A DNA stretch of 64,000 bases, taken from assembly GCA_028690055.1 (NCBI GenBank), contig JAQVBZ010000001.1:20452-84451 (forward strand), written 5' to 3'. Shown here one piece after another: positions 27,587 through 38,413 of the stretch. Position numbers and translations under genes: made by a program. The notes below the pieces were generated by a model. It made no database searches and was not told the origin of the DNA. It saw only the letters and a program-made list of their open reading frames with translations. Numbering within the stretch: position 1 is the stretch's first letter; each line of letters starts with the position of its first letter. The stretch comes from Minisyncoccota bacterium. Lineage in GTDB: Bacteria; Patescibacteriota; Minisyncoccia; JAHIHE01; JAGLIN01.

Positions 27587-28786
27587 CTATTTCTCCTTTA
27601 TCAGCTGAAAAATATACTCCTTGCTTTTCTCCACGCCCGGTTGATTGAAGGGGGCTACGTCGCGGAGGATCGAGGAATAGAAAGCGGCGTATTGGAAGAA
27701 AGCTGTTAACATACCTGCCGAGGAAGGGGTCAATCTTTGTAATTCGAGGTGTATGGCCGGAATATTTTCTTCAATCGTATCCTTCCAAGTGCCTTCAAAC
27801 TCCGTATGGATGATATCGGACAGGCTCATCTTTTCGAGTTGTCCAAGCTCTATATTCCTGCACTTGATACTCTTTAGCTCTTCAGGCACCGTGAGAGAGA
27901 TATTGTCATCAAAGTCCTTGATTGTCATAAAAAATCCCACGGAGTTTCTCTTTCCTGAATTGAATCTTTGCAGGGTATGATGTTGATTTTCCGGGGCTTC
28001 GCCGCCATAAATCGTTTGTCCTTTGCCTCCTTTGCAGACGCTTTCGTGGAAAAGCTGAGTTATCAATTCAAAGTAACCGGTCAGTTTTTTTGAATATATC
28101 GATAAGAAGACTTCATCATAGCTCATTTTTTCCAACTTGTCAAGATGCATCGCCAGACGCAGTGCCGGATTGTTCGCAAATGGGGAATCCGGGGCGCATC
28201 GGGCGTACATGATTTGAGCTCCTCGGGCAATCTCTGTAGCGTCCATTCCCAGCATTGCTGCGGGAAATAAGGCGCATTCAGTGATGCCGGAAAAGCGGCC
28301 TGAGATTTCAGGATGGTTCAAGACGGGAACGTTTTCGCTGCGGGCAATTTCATAAAGGGCCCCTTTTTCTCCTGTTACAAAAACTGTGTCGTAATCGCGC
28401 AGTGCCAGATAATCGGCGATTGCGTTGATGCTTTCTCCGGATTTGCTGGTCACGATCAACAGTGTGTCTGTCGCTTCACACTTCCGCTTGATTTCGGAAA
28501 GGTAATCCGGATCGTCTGTGTCCAACAAAAAGACATTCTTGCCCTGTGTATCTAAACAGCTGGCAAAAGCGCGGATAGTCGAGATAGATCCACCGTTGCC
28601 TTCGATGATTATATTCTTTTTATCGGGGTATTTTTCGCTCAGCTCTTTCAGGGAGCTGAAGTCAGGAGAGTATGTAGCGAAGGAAGGAGTCTCCAATTTT
28701 ACGATTTTCTCTTCGCAGACTTTTATTTCTTCTTCGGTTAGCTTCGCTCGGGAAAAATCCAAATCCAAGAAATATTCTTCGCTCAT
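27587..28786 (-). CDS. pgi: Glucose-6-phosphate isomerase
   Basis: SIS motifs NGGSIST, TSKSGESINA, GRFSGITECALFPAAMLG. Start moved to the ATG at 28786 (MSEEYFLDL...). The longer ORF-track start at 28867 would overlap the upstream gene. Confidence 0.75.
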   Translation of the reverse strand: MSEEYFLDLDFSRAKLTEEEIKVCEEKIVKLETPSFATYSPDFSSLKELSEKYPDKKNIIIEGNGGSISTIRAFASCLDTQGKNVFLLDTDDPDYLSEIKRKCEATDTLLIVTSKSGESINAIADYLALRDYDTVFVTGEKGALYEIARSENVPVLNHPEISGRFSGITECALFPAAMLGMDATEIARGAQIMYARCAPDSPFANNPALRLAMHLDKLEKMSYDEVFLSIYSKKLTGYFELITQLFHESVCKGGKGQTIYGGEAPENQHHTLQRFNSGKRNSVGFFMTIKDFDDNISLTVPEELKSIKCRNIELGQLEKMSLSDIIHTEFEGTWKDTIEENIPAIHLELQRLTPSSAGMLTAFFQYAAFYSSILRDVAPFNQPGVEKSKEYIFQLIKEK

Positions 28787-28833
28787 AAGTGTGATAATTA
28801 ATATTTTAGCGGGGGCGAGTACTATGTGAATGT

Positions 28834-30432
28834 CTATTTCGCGATCAGTTTCGTGTCTACATACCAATCCTCTACGTTGTTGAAGCGGTCGGCGGGGGTG
28901 ATGATATTTTGTGCTCCCAATCCTTGGACTGACTTGTCTTGCAGGTAGATGTAGTCGGGGCTGTATAAGAAGATAGCTGGCACGTCTTCGACTAATAGGT
29001 TTTGGAATTCCTGATATTTTTGTGCGCGCAGTTCGGGATCGGTTTCCTTGCGTGCTTCCTCCAGTATCTTGTCCACGTCGGAATTATCATAAAGGGATAA
29101 GTTCAGTCCCGGGTCTTTTTTTTGCGAAGAGTGCCAGAAGGCGAATGGGTCCGGGTCATAGCTCAGGATTTGTCCGAACAGGATGGCCTGATAGGATCGG
29201 GTTTTGATGTAGTCCTCTTGGATATTGTCAGTAGTCTCGATTTTTACATCGGCGCCGATTTCTTTCCACATCGCTTGCAGCTCAATGGCAGTGACGGCGA
29301 TATCTGTCCAGCTGGTCGCTACCAGAGCGAAGGATAATTTTTCATCGCCCTTCTCACGGATACCGTCGTTGTCGCCGTCTACCCATCCCGCCTCGGTCAA
29401 GATGTTCTGCGCGTGTTCTTTGGCATAGTCATAGACTTTGGTATTGGGGTTGTATCCCAGGAGTTGGGGCGTGATGGGAGTGTCGATTTTTTGTCCTTCG
29501 CCTTTGAGTACGCTGGAGATAAGCTTGTCCTTATCAATCGCATACGAGAGCGCCAGTCTCACTGTCTTGTCGGCAAGCGCCTTGCTCTGGGTTTGATTGA
29601 AGAAGACCGCGTAATATCTCGGGATACTGAGGCGGTTCAGGTTCTTCTTCTCTATATCTACCACTTTGCCCAAGTTACTCGGAGAGATATAATTGATGCC
29701 CTTCACTTCCTTGCGGTTGAATGCGGAAATCGCATCATCTTCACTGGCATAAAATTTGAAGGTGATAGTTTTGATATATGGTTTTTGTCCGTAATAATCA
29801 TCGTTGACCCCCATCTCGATGGAGATAATTTTGCCGTTTTTATCTTTTTTGAAACTGTTCAACTTATACGGTCCGCTGCCGACTGGCTGGGAATTGAGTT
29901 CGCTCAGCGGGAATTCATTGCCCGCTACTTGCTCCCATAAATGTTGGGGGAGTATACCGAAAGTCAGACCGTTCAAAAACGGTGCGTAAGTATTTTTTAA
30001 AATGAAATTCACTGTATAATCATCTACTTTCTCCGCGCGCACCCCTTGCCAGTTGGCGATGAGCGGACTTTTGTAGCTGTCTTTTTGGATAGTTTTGATA
30101 GTGTAGATGATGTCGTCTGCCGTCAGCTTCTCGCCGTCATGCCAGAGGACATTCTGTTTGATATGAAAAGTATAGGTCAGCTTGTCCTCGCTTACTTCGT
30201 AGCTCTCTGCCACGTCGTTTTCGAGCCGCCCGTTTTCGTCGGTCTTAAGCAGACTGGAGAAGGTTAGTGTTACCAGATCGGCATCGACGTCATTGGTCTG
30301 GGAAAGGATAGGATTGATGAAATGGATCGTGCCTACTACCGCTTCCGTATATTTGCCACCGCGCTGTGCAACAACCATTGTATTATCGAAGTAATAGTTT
30401 ACACCGATATAGGCGCTGCTTGCGATCAACAA
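28834..30432 (-). CDS. ABC transporter substrate-binding protein, family 5 (oligopeptide/nickel type)
   Basis: Family-5 SBP fold blocks (VVGTIHFINPILSQTNDVD..., ...DDYTVNFILKNTYAPFLN). The ORF-track start is a TTG. The upstream in-frame sequence (to ~30500) encodes KERRVLYALVFLLIASSAYIG with no stop and no ATG, so the true start is probably further upstream and non-canonical. Confidence 0.75.
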   Translation of the reverse strand: MLIASSAYIGVNYYFDNTMVVAQRGGKYTEAVVGTIHFINPILSQTNDVDADLVTLTFSSLLKTDENGRLENDVAESYEVSEDKLTYTFHIKQNVLWHDGEKLTADDIIYTIKTIQKDSYKSPLIANWQGVRAEKVDDYTVNFILKNTYAPFLNGLTFGILPQHLWEQVAGNEFPLSELNSQPVGSGPYKLNSFKKDKNGKIISIEMGVNDDYYGQKPYIKTITFKFYASEDDAISAFNRKEVKGINYISPSNLGKVVDIEKKNLNRLSIPRYYAVFFNQTQSKALADKTVRLALSYAIDKDKLISSVLKGEGQKIDTPITPQLLGYNPNTKVYDYAKEHAQNILTEAGWVDGDNDGIREKGDEKLSFALVATSWTDIAVTAIELQAMWKEIGADVKIETTDNIQEDYIKTRSYQAILFGQILSYDPDPFAFWHSSQKKDPGLNLSLYDNSDVDKILEEARKETDPELRAQKYQEFQNLLVEDVPAIFLYSPDYIYLQDKSVQGLGAQNIITPADRFNNVEDWYVDTKLIAK

Positions 30433-30555
30433 AAAGACAAGAGCATATAAGACTCGGCGCTCTTTATTACTCAGAACAGAAAAAATAGCTTTAAGTGTGG
30501 TTTTAAAACTTCGTTTGATATATTTTTCTTATGTATTTATGTGACGCGAAGGTCT

Positions 30556-30780
30556 TTAAATCCCTTGCATCAGTCTGTAAATCGCTATTCCCAGGAAAGC
30601 CACGGCAATAACGATGCTTGCTCGAAAAAGAAATTTGTCGAAACCGCGCTTGGTTTGATAGGAAGAGTTACCGCTGTCTCCACCGAAAGTCTCGCTCAGT
30701 CCCGTTCCTCTATTTTGCAACAGAATGGAAACGATAAGCAGGACGGCAATGACTGCTTGGGCTATGTCGATTTGATTCAT
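30556..30780 (-). CDS. secG: Preprotein translocase subunit SecG
   Basis: 74 aa with two TM segments and LLQNRGTGLSETFGG matching the SecG LLQxGKGxG motif. Confidence 0.7.
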   Translation of the reverse strand: MNQIDIAQAVIAVLLIVSILLQNRGTGLSETFGGDSGNSSYQTKRGFDKFLFRASIVIAVAFLGIAIYRLMQGI

Positions 30781-30795
30781 ACAGGTTTTGTTATA

Positions 30796-31146
30796 TTATT
30801 TCTTAGAGAAAAATCCTATAAAGATATTGACGGCGCTTATTACCAGCATTGCCCAAAACGCGGCCCAGAATCCTTCGATTTGGATTGCCAGCAAAGCGTA
30901 ATCCAGCAAAAACAGCATAGCAACGTTTATCACGATTGTAAAGAGTCCGAAGGTCAGCAGAACAAATGGCAGGGATAGCAACTTCAGAAATGGTTTCACG
31001 AAGAAGTTGATGAGTCCGAGAACGAATCCGGCAGTTACCAGTGTTTGAAAATCATTTCCTAGCACGATGAAACCCGGAACGACTTGTCCTGCGATGTAGA
31101 TAGCCACCGCGTTGGTGAGTACACCGATGACGAGCGCGCTCAGCAT
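30796..31146 (-). CDS. 4-TM membrane protein of the YvlD/phage-holin-4_2-like (PF04020-like) family
   Basis: 116 aa with four hydrophobic segments. GLINFFVKPFLKLLSLPFVLLTFGLFTIVINVAML resembles that family. Confidence 0.45.
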   Translation of the reverse strand: MLSALVIGVLTNAVAIYIAGQVVPGFIVLGNDFQTLVTAGFVLGLINFFVKPFLKLLSLPFVLLTFGLFTIVINVAMLFLLDYALLAIQIEGFWAAFWAMLVISAVNIFIGFFSKK

Positions 31147-31374
31147 AGTTTTATATTATGGAATTTAATCAGTCTATAATGATAAATTATCACAATTCGC
31201 CGATTCTGTCCATTTATTCAAGGATGCTCCGGTTATCAAGACCTTGTCCTTTTTTCTGTCGTTTTTTCGAAAAGCATGGTCTTTACAAAATCGATAATAT
31301 GTGCTAACTATGTAATATAGTCAATTAAGAGAATGGCCTCTTAGCTTTTTTGTTTATTTGTAATTTTCATAAAT

Positions 31375-33840
31375 ATGAAAAAAAACCTGTTCGCGGTGGC
31401 GGTAATGGCCGGTGTCGGTCTGTTCGCTCTCTGTTCTCCGGTCTCGGCTTCAATTTCCGAATGTGACTACTCGAAAACTTATGACGATGTCAAGACTCTT
31501 TATGTCGCTCGCGATGGCAGCGGAGATTACAATTGTGACGGTACTGATGATGAAGTGGAAATCAACGCAGCTTTTCAGGCGGTTAAAAATAGCGGCGGAG
31601 CGTATGACTCTGTTTTTTTGAAATCCGGAACTTACATTGTCGGTACCAAAATCAATATGGTGACCAATTCGGTTTTTGAGGGGGACAAGGATGCAATTCT
31701 CAAACTGAAAGATCAGGCAGACTGGGAGGTTAATGTGCCGATGATCGGCTCTACAGATATACATACTGACAATGTAGAAATAAAATGTTTCGAGGCGGAT
31801 ATGAATTATGATGGTAACTATTCAACCGATGCTTATAGCTGCCTGGCGGGCTGGGGTGATGAATGCGTTGCGGGCGATTTTACCTGCTGTGAGGCTTACA
31901 GTACTTTCCGCACCACAGGCAAGGGATACTACAACGTGGCCGGTTTCACTTACGGAAAAAATTACTCGATGCACGATATGTATCTGCACGATGGATTGGG
32001 AGACGGACTTAATATTTTGCATAGTAGCAGTGTAAAATTTTATGACAATTTGATTTACAAGATGGGGCACGAAGGATTGTACGTGAAATATTCGGATATT
32101 GCCGAAGCATTCGGTAATGTGATTACCAATCGTACCAATTCGGGTCTGCGCGCGGATGATACCAATCATGTTTCTTTCCATGATAATGACATCACAGCTT
32201 TTGATCATTGGAGCGCCGGGGGGCCGGGCATCGAAATCGTTAAAGATGACAGGTTCGTGACTCAGATGAATGATATCCAGATTTACAACAATTATATCCA
32301 CGGCACTTACGGTCCTGGTATCTGGATTATTGCCAGTGGCACTAATCATACTGCGGCGGATCTTGCAGCAAATATCCATCACAATATTTTCTCTGGAACG
32401 GGTATCAATCCTACCATCAATTGGACGGCGGGGATTCTGACTTCCGGTTTCTATAACCTTACGGTAGAGAATAATGTTTTTGATAAAGTTTATAATGGTA
32501 CCTTACTTGTGTCGAATGCAATTGCGACACCTCCTGCCTCGTCAGGGTATGTGATAACTTTTCGCAATAATACCATTACCGGTACTCAGCCCCAGCGCAA
32601 CACCACGAGTAACGGTTATGGTATTATCAATCTGCTTTCCGGCACACACACGGTGAATTCCGAGAATAATTGTTTCTATGATAATTATGCGGGAGATTAT
32701 TACGGTAACGTGAACAGTGTGGATGATATTCATACCGATCCGCTTTATGCCGACGCTGCTGATCAAGATTACCACCTGCAGTCTGCCTGGGGCAGATGGA
32801 ATGGTTCATCTTGGGTGAAAGACGCGGAGACTTCTCCTTGCATCGATGCGGGATACGCTGCTTCCGATTATTCTCTTGAACCTGAATCCAACGGTGGCAG
32901 GATAAATATCGGCCGCTACGGCAACACCGTCGAAGCCAGTCTTTCTTTCACACCTGTTTTAATCCCTGTGGCTACGACCTACGACCTTACGATAAATGGA
33001 GGATCCGGTTCCGGTTCATATGTGGAAGGTCAAAACGTAGTTATTATCGCTGATGCTTCAGCTACAGGCAAAGTATTTGACAAATGGATAGGCGACACGA
33101 CTTATGTTTCAAATGCAACTGCTGCTATCGCTAATGTGACAATGCCGGCAGACGGCGTCTCTCTGACTGCAACTTATAAAGATGTTTATTACAATCTTAC
33201 TGTTGATGGTGGTACCGGTTCAGGATCGTATATTTACGGCCAGCAAATCAGTGTTACTGCTGATGCTCCGAGTGCCGGAAAATTATTCGACAAATGGACG
33301 GGAGATATTTCTTATATCACCAGCGCCATTTCAGCCGCTACCACTGTGACGATGCCGACAGGCGCCGCCTTTCTTACCGCGACTTACAAGGATGCTCCGG
33401 TTACGACCTACGACCTTACGGTCAGTGGCGGTTCGGGCTCCGGGTCTTATGTTTCAGGAACCAAAGTGACCATTACGGCTGCTACTATTACGGGCAAAGT
33501 GTTTGTCGGATGGATAGGAAGCACTTCTTATCTTTCCAGTACCACTGCTGCGACCGCTACGGTGATTATGCCGGCTAAGGCGATTACGTTGACCGCCACC
33601 TACAAAACGGCTTACTACCTCACTATTTACAACGGTTCCGGTTCCGGATGGTACGCTGCCGGTACTAAGGTGACTATCGCTGCCAATGCTCCGGCAGTGA
33701 GGCAAGTTTTCTATAGATGGACAGGCAGCACCAGCTACGTGGCGAGGATCACTTCCGCCACCACTACGGTTACTATGCCGAGTAAATCCATCTCTCTTAC
33801 TGCGACTTATAGTACTTCAAGGTCTTGGTATTATAGATAA
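31375..33840 (+). CDS. Secreted right-handed parallel beta-helix (pectate-lyase-fold) protein with 5 C-terminal Listeria-Bacteroides (Flg_new-type) repeats
   Basis: Signal peptide MKKNLFAVAVMAGVGLFALCSPVSA. beta-Helix coils with N/H/D-rich PbH1 repeats (LHDGLGDGLNILHSSSVKFYDNLIY..., VSFHDNDITAF, IHHNIFSG). It ends with the typical DYHLQS...SPCIDAG. Five repeats follow: YDLTINGGSGSGSYVEGQNVVIIADASATGKVFDKWIGDTTYVSN...VTMP...LTATYKD. Confidence 0.8.
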   Translation: MKKNLFAVAVMAGVGLFALCSPVSASISECDYSKTYDDVKTLYVARDGSGDYNCDGTDDEVEINAAFQAVKNSGGAYDSVFLKSGTYIVGTKINMVTNSVFEGDKDAILKLKDQADWEVNVPMIGSTDIHTDNVEIKCFEADMNYDGNYSTDAYSCLAGWGDECVAGDFTCCEAYSTFRTTGKGYYNVAGFTYGKNYSMHDMYLHDGLGDGLNILHSSSVKFYDNLIYKMGHEGLYVKYSDIAEAFGNVITNRTNSGLRADDTNHVSFHDNDITAFDHWSAGGPGIEIVKDDRFVTQMNDIQIYNNYIHGTYGPGIWIIASGTNHTAADLAANIHHNIFSGTGINPTINWTAGILTSGFYNLTVENNVFDKVYNGTLLVSNAIATPPASSGYVITFRNNTITGTQPQRNTTSNGYGIINLLSGTHTVNSENNCFYDNYAGDYYGNVNSVDDIHTDPLYADAADQDYHLQSAWGRWNGSSWVKDAETSPCIDAGYAASDYSLEPESNGGRINIGRYGNTVEASLSFTPVLIPVATTYDLTINGGSGSGSYVEGQNVVIIADASATGKVFDKWIGDTTYVSNATAAIANVTMPADGVSLTATYKDVYYNLTVDGGTGSGSYIYGQQISVTADAPSAGKLFDKWTGDISYITSAISAATTVTMPTGAAFLTATYKDAPVTTYDLTVSGGSGSGSYVSGTKVTITAATITGKVFVGWIGSTSYLSSTTAATATVIMPAKAITLTATYKTAYYLTIYNGSGSGWYAAGTKVTIAANAPAVRQVFYRWTGSTSYVARITSATTTVTMPSKSISLTATYSTSRSWYYR

Positions 33841-33872
33841 TAAGTAGCTTCTGATTCCTTAGTTTCTTAAAG

Positions 33873-33898
33873 AGGACCGGTCGAAAGGCCGGTTTTTT
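33873..33898 (+). terminator. Putative rho-independent terminator after the beta-helix protein gene
   Basis: ACCGG tcgaaagg CCGGT TTTTTT. Confidence 0.45.
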
Positions 33899-34167
33899 GC
33901 TTGGGGCCATGCCAGAAATGGCATGAACCACACAAAGAGAACTTTTTATTATGCCGATATGTCTTTATCTCACATCTCCCTTTGCCATATTTTCCACATC
34001 ATCTCTGACGTGATTCGAAATACAAAGCTGGAATGTAATGATCTGAAATACCTGAGCTCAGGTCTCAAGTCCCCGCCCCCTTGATTTCTTCATTAAAGTG
34101 TGATAAAATCACAAATATTTCAGGCACATAATACATTGTTAATATTTTATTAAATCGTCTGCAACCT

Positions 34168-36996
34168 ATGGATACAAAAAAAATTTCTATAAGAGGCGCG
34201 AGAGTGCACAATTTAAAAAACGTAAGCGTGGATATTCCGCGTGGAAAGCTGGTGGTGGCCACTGGTCCATCGGGCAGCGGGAAGTCGTCGCTTTTTTTTG
34301 ACACGATTTATGCCGAAGGGCAGAGACGGTATTTGGAGAATATTTCCGACTATCCCAAGCAGTTTCTGAATATTCTGAGCAAGCCGGACGTGGATCAGCT
34401 GGAGGGGTTGTCGCCGGCTATTTCCATCGGGGAAAAAACTTCCGCTCGTTCGCCGCGTTCGACCGTGGGGACAATGACGGAAATCTATGACTATATGCGG
34501 GTCCTCTTTTCGGTCGAGGGCAAGGCGCACTGTGCGAATTGCGGGGGAAGTCTCGAGAAACATTCTTCGGGCAAAGTGGCTGATTGGGTGATGTCGCTGC
34601 CCAAAGACGCACGTGTTTTTATTATGGCTCCGATTATAGTGGGTGAAGGAAATGCAGCCGATTTGATACGCAAATATGGGAAGATGGGATATCAGCGGAT
34701 CCGCATCGGCGACGAGGTGATGGAGCTCAAAAATTTTTCTTGGCCCAAGAACCTCGACCAGATTGACAAGTTTGATCTTATAATCGACCGGTTCAAATTC
34801 AAAGAGAAGGAAGTCAGTTATTCGGGCGTGTTGGATTCTATTGAGACAGCCTTCGGCATCTCGGGAGGGTTTGCGATTGTTAACTATTATTCCCTCAAGC
34901 AGGACATCGAGCGGGAAGAATTTTTTTCCGACCATCTCTACTGTCAGAAATGTGCCACGGGCTTCCAGGAAATAGAGCCTAAACTTTTTTCTTTCAATAA
35001 TCCTTACGGTGCCTGTCCTCATTGCACGGGACTCGGAGTGAAACTGGAAATAGATTCCAGCCTGGTGATTCCGAATCGCGCGCTTACTTTGGCGGAGGGG
35101 GCGCTCCGTCCGTGGGCAAATTTACTTAATAAGTGGGACGAATATATCGATACGCTCAAATCTATCGAGAAGAAATATCACATACCGATCGATATTCCGG
35201 TGGACAAGATGAAAGAGAAAGACATACTCTTTGTTCTCTTCGGTGAGAAACGGGAGAGGGGGGACGCCTGTGAAAAGCGCCCGGATAAGGATGCGACAAA
35301 CGAGTACCCGGGCGCGGTCGGTATCTTGGAGCAGAAATATTATGAGACGAATTCCGATTATATCCGCACGGAATTGGAGAAATATATGGTCCGCAAGATC
35401 TGTCCGGCCTGTGGTGGCGATCGACTCAACAAGAATGCTTTGGCGGTGGGAATAGAAGGCAAATCCATCAGTGATTTGACGCGACTCAATGTCAAGGAAG
35501 AGATTGCGTTCCTTGCCGCTTTGCGTGGCAAACTGAACCCGAAGTCTCAGACGGTGGCGGAAGAAATTATGAAGCGGCTGGCATTCTTGGAAGAAATCGG
35601 TTTGAATTATCTTTCGTTGATGCGTTCTTCCGAGACTGTATCTGCGGGTGAGGCGCGGCGGGTAAAATTGGCTACGCAACTTAGTTCTTGTCTGCAGGGT
35701 ATAACCTATATCCTTGACGAACCTTCTATCGGATTACACCGTAAGGATGATGGTAAGCTTTTGACTTCAATGCGGAAATTGCGTGATTTGGGGAATTCAG
35801 TTCTTATCGTTGAGCACGATGATTATTTCATCCGCAATGCGGACTTCATCATCGATATGGGACCGAAGTCGGGTGAGGCGGGCGGAGAGATTATCGCAGT
35901 GGGTACGCCGGAAGAGATTATGAAATCGGACTGCGTGACCGGTCAATATCTCTCGGGCAGAAAGAAAATAGAACCGCAGAAGCATTTGCGTAAGGGCAGT
36001 GGTAAATTCATCACTATCGAGCATGCGACTGAACACAATCTAAAAGATGTAAGCGTCAAGATTCCGTTGGGGAAATTCGTTTGTGTAACAGGTGTTTCGG
36101 GTTCGGGAAAATCTACGCTCATCAACGATATCCTTGCCAAAGCACTCGCCAAAAAACTCCATCGCGCGCAGGCAGAGCCGGGCAAGTGCAAGAAAATTGA
36201 TGGCATCAAGAACGTGAGTAAAGCGATCTGTATCGACCAGTCGCCGATCGGGCGCACTCCGCGCAGCAACCCGGCAACTTACACTGGTATCTTCACTCAT
36301 ATCCGTGAACTATTTGCCGATACCGTGCAGTCGAGAAATAAAAAATTCAAAGCCGGGCATTTCAGCTTCAATGTGAAAGGCGGACGTTGTGAAAATTGTA
36401 AAGGAGACGGCGCTACCAAGCTGGAGATGTATTTTCTTCCCGATGCTTACGTCGAATGCGAACAGTGTCATGGCAAGAGGTACAATAGTGAGACTCTCGA
36501 GGTGGAGTACAAGGGAATAGACATTGCCGCTGTGTTGGATATGAGCGTAGATCAGGCGCTGAAATTTTTCTCCGACGTGCCGGCGCTTTTCCACAAGCTC
36601 TCTGTTTTGAGTGATGTCGGTCTGGGGTATATGCGTTTGGGTCAGAGCGCCACTACACTTTCCGGTGGGGAGGCCCAGCGCATCAAGCTGGCGACAGAGT
36701 TGGCGCGCCCGGTCAAAGAGGGTAAGACGATTTATATCCTCGACGAGCCGACGGTTGGCTTGCATTTCGACGACACCAAAAAGCTTCTCAGTGTGCTTTC
36801 CAAGCTGGCGGACCGTGAGAATACAGTGTTGGTGATCGAGCACAACATGGAAGTCATCAAGTGCGCCGATTGGATTATTGATTTGGGACCCGATGGCGGC
36901 GACCAGGGAGGGGAAGTTCTTTTCGAAGGCACGCCTAAAGATATCAAAAAATGCAAACGCAGTTATACGGGGAAGTATTTGAAGGAAGTTTTGTAG
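34168..36996 (+). CDS. uvrA: Excinuclease ABC subunit A
   Basis: 942 aa. Two ABC ATPase modules ([10 protein letters not shown] and [10 protein letters not shown]), zinc-finger cysteine clusters ([26 protein letters not shown]). Confidence 0.95.
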   Translation: MDTKKISIRGARVHNLKNVSVDIPRGKLVVATGPSGSGKSSLFFDTIYAEGQRRYLENISDYPKQFLNILSKPDVDQLEGLSPAISIGEKTSARSPRSTVGTMTEIYDYMRVLFSVEGKAHCANCGGSLEKHSSGKVADWVMSLPKDARVFIMAPIIVGEGNAADLIRKYGKMGYQRIRIGDEVMELKNFSWPKNLDQIDKFDLIIDRFKFKEKEVSYSGVLDSIETAFGISGGFAIVNYYSLKQDIEREEFFSDHLYCQKCATGFQEIEPKLFSFNNPYGACPHCTGLGVKLEIDSSLVIPNRALTLAEGALRPWANLLNKWDEYIDTLKSIEKKYHIPIDIPVDKMKEKDILFVLFGEKRERGDACEKRPDKDATNEYPGAVGILEQKYYETNSDYIRTELEKYMVRKICPACGGDRLNKNALAVGIEGKSISDLTRLNVKEEIAFLAALRGKLNPKSQTVAEEIMKRLAFLEEIGLNYLSLMRSSETVSAGEARRVKLATQLSSCLQGITYILDEPSIGLHRKDDGKLLTSMRKLRDLGNSVLIVEHDDYFIRNADFIIDMGPKSGEAGGEIIAVGTPEEIMKSDCVTGQYLSGRKKIEPQKHLRKGSGKFITIEHATEHNLKDVSVKIPLGKFVCVTGVSGSGKSTLINDILAKALAKKLHRAQAEPGKCKKIDGIKNVSKAICIDQSPIGRTPRSNPATYTGIFTHIRELFADTVQSRNKKFKAGHFSFNVKGGRCENCKGDGATKLEMYFLPDAYVECEQCHGKRYNSETLEVEYKGIDIAAVLDMSVDQALKFFSDVPALFHKLSVLSDVGLGYMRLGQSATTLSGGEAQRIKLATELARPVKEGKTIYILDEPTVGLHFDDTKKLLSVLSKLADRENTVLVIEHNMEVIKCADWIIDLGPDGGDQGGEVLFEGTPKDIKKCKRSYTGKYLKEVL

Positions 36997-37059
36997 GAGG
37001 CTATCGCGTTTCGTAGGGGCACAATATCTTGTGCTCCTTTTGGTTATACGAAAGATAAC

Positions 37060-37168
37060 GTGGAGTAGCGGGATTCATCCTGCGCTGCTATCCCAAGCCA
37101 TAAAGTCATTGCATATATTCTTCCTGTCCGCATTGGACAACCGCGCAGACTGAAGTTCTCTACTTTGT
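37060..37168 (+). repeat. MITE-like family 1, copy 2 (3' end degenerate)
   Basis: GTGGAGTAGCGGGATTCATCCTGCGCTGCTATCCCAAGCC...CGCGCAGACTGAAGTTCTCTACTTT. Confidence 0.75.
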
Positions 37169-37241
37169 GTATTTTTGCTACCGGGTCTAAAATGACGTAT
37201 TTCTTAACTATATGCTAAAATGATGGTATATGAACATATTA

Positions 37242-37360
37242 TGGAGTAGCGGGATTCATCCCGCGCTGCTGTCCTAAGCCTTTAAATCCTACGCCATCGC
37301 GCATTCCATTCGCATCGGACAACTGCGCAGGTTAAAACCTGCTACTTCGTGTATTTTCGC
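37242..37360 (+). repeat. MITE-like family 1, copy 3
   Basis: ATGGAGTAGCGGGATTCATCCCGCGCTGCTGTCCTAAGCC...GCGCAGGTTAAAACCTGCTACTTCG. Tandem with copy 2, 75 bp apart. Confidence 0.8.
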
Positions 37361-37401
37361 CGCTGAATTAAAATTCGGTTAACCATTATAAAACTATTCC
37401 A

Positions 37402-38379
37402 ATGACCCCTCTTGAAAAAACTATCCTTGCCACCGTTTCTTATTACGATATCTTTGACTACCCGCTGACCGGATTTGAAATCTGGCGGTATTTGGTTCGG
37501 TCAAAAGATTTTGCAGAGGATAATTTTAAGGCCGGAGATACGATTGCGGCCTTGCATGAGAGCGAAGCCCTAAAAAATCACATCGGGCATAAATTCGGAT
37601 TCTATTATCTGCTGGGCCGGGAAAGAATCGTGGAAAAAAGATTATGGCGGAAAAAGCTCGCGGATCAGAAATGGAAAAAGCTCAAATATATTTTTAAAAT
37701 TTTAGTGCTAGTGCCGTTTGTGCGCGGGATTTTCGTTTCCGGTTCGCTGGCGATGGAAAATAGCAAAGACGATTCGGATGTGGACATCATCGTCGTGGCC
37801 AAGAGCGGACGGATCTGGACGGTGCGGACCTTGATGACTTCTTTGACTTTCATCCTCGGAGTCCGCAGACATGGAAAAAAGACCAAGGACCGGATTTGCC
37901 TTAATCACTATATTACGGACGAGTCTCTGCGGATTCCTTTCGAGAGTCTCTATAACGCCGAGAGCTACGCGCATCTGCTCAACGTCTATATCGAGGACGA
38001 CGGAATCTTTCATCTCTTTCAGGAGGCGAACGGCTGGCTTGCGGATTATCTTGTTAATTATCAACCTACCGAACTGCACAGTGCGCGCGCCGTGCGGAAG
38101 AATCGTTTCTTCATGAGCTTGGTCCGGATCGAGGAATTGTTTCTGGGCGGTGCAGTGGGGGGCAATTTGGAAAAAATATTTTCTGTCGTCGAGAGCAAGC
38201 GCATCTATAAGGACCCTCTTCATCTCAAACCCGGCGGACGTATCACTATTGATGATGGACAGCTGGAATTTCACCCTGACTCACACGAGCAATTCACTAT
38301 TCCCGAATTTAATTGGCGGATGCAGGAAGCGGGGCTTACGGAATTTGCCGGACAAAAAGATTCCGGGCTCAATAGATAG
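37402..38379 (+). CDS. Polymerase-beta-superfamily nucleotidyltransferase-domain protein (function unknown)
   Basis: GS...DhD motif GSLAMENSKDDSDVDIIVV. Downstream acidic residues (NHYITDE) could be the third carboxylate. 325 aa, no partner gene. Confidence 0.5.
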   Translation: MTPLEKTILATVSYYDIFDYPLTGFEIWRYLVRSKDFAEDNFKAGDTIAALHESEALKNHIGHKFGFYYLLGRERIVEKRLWRKKLADQKWKKLKYIFKILVLVPFVRGIFVSGSLAMENSKDDSDVDIIVVAKSGRIWTVRTLMTSLTFILGVRRHGKKTKDRICLNHYITDESLRIPFESLYNAESYAHLLNVYIEDDGIFHLFQEANGWLADYLVNYQPTELHSARAVRKNRFFMSLVRIEELFLGGAVGGNLEKIFSVVESKRIYKDPLHLKPGGRITIDDGQLEFHPDSHEQFTIPEFNWRMQEAGLTEFAGQKDSGLNR

Positions 38380-38413
38380 GGGCTGGTTTAATTGCCTCAA
38401 TCGGACTTTTCAC

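Noticed and set aside
34213-35022. 269-aa minus-strand ORF inside uvrA, with other antisense ORFs 35122-36843
   Set aside because: They lie inside the conserved UvrA frame and are GC-skewed shadow ORFs.
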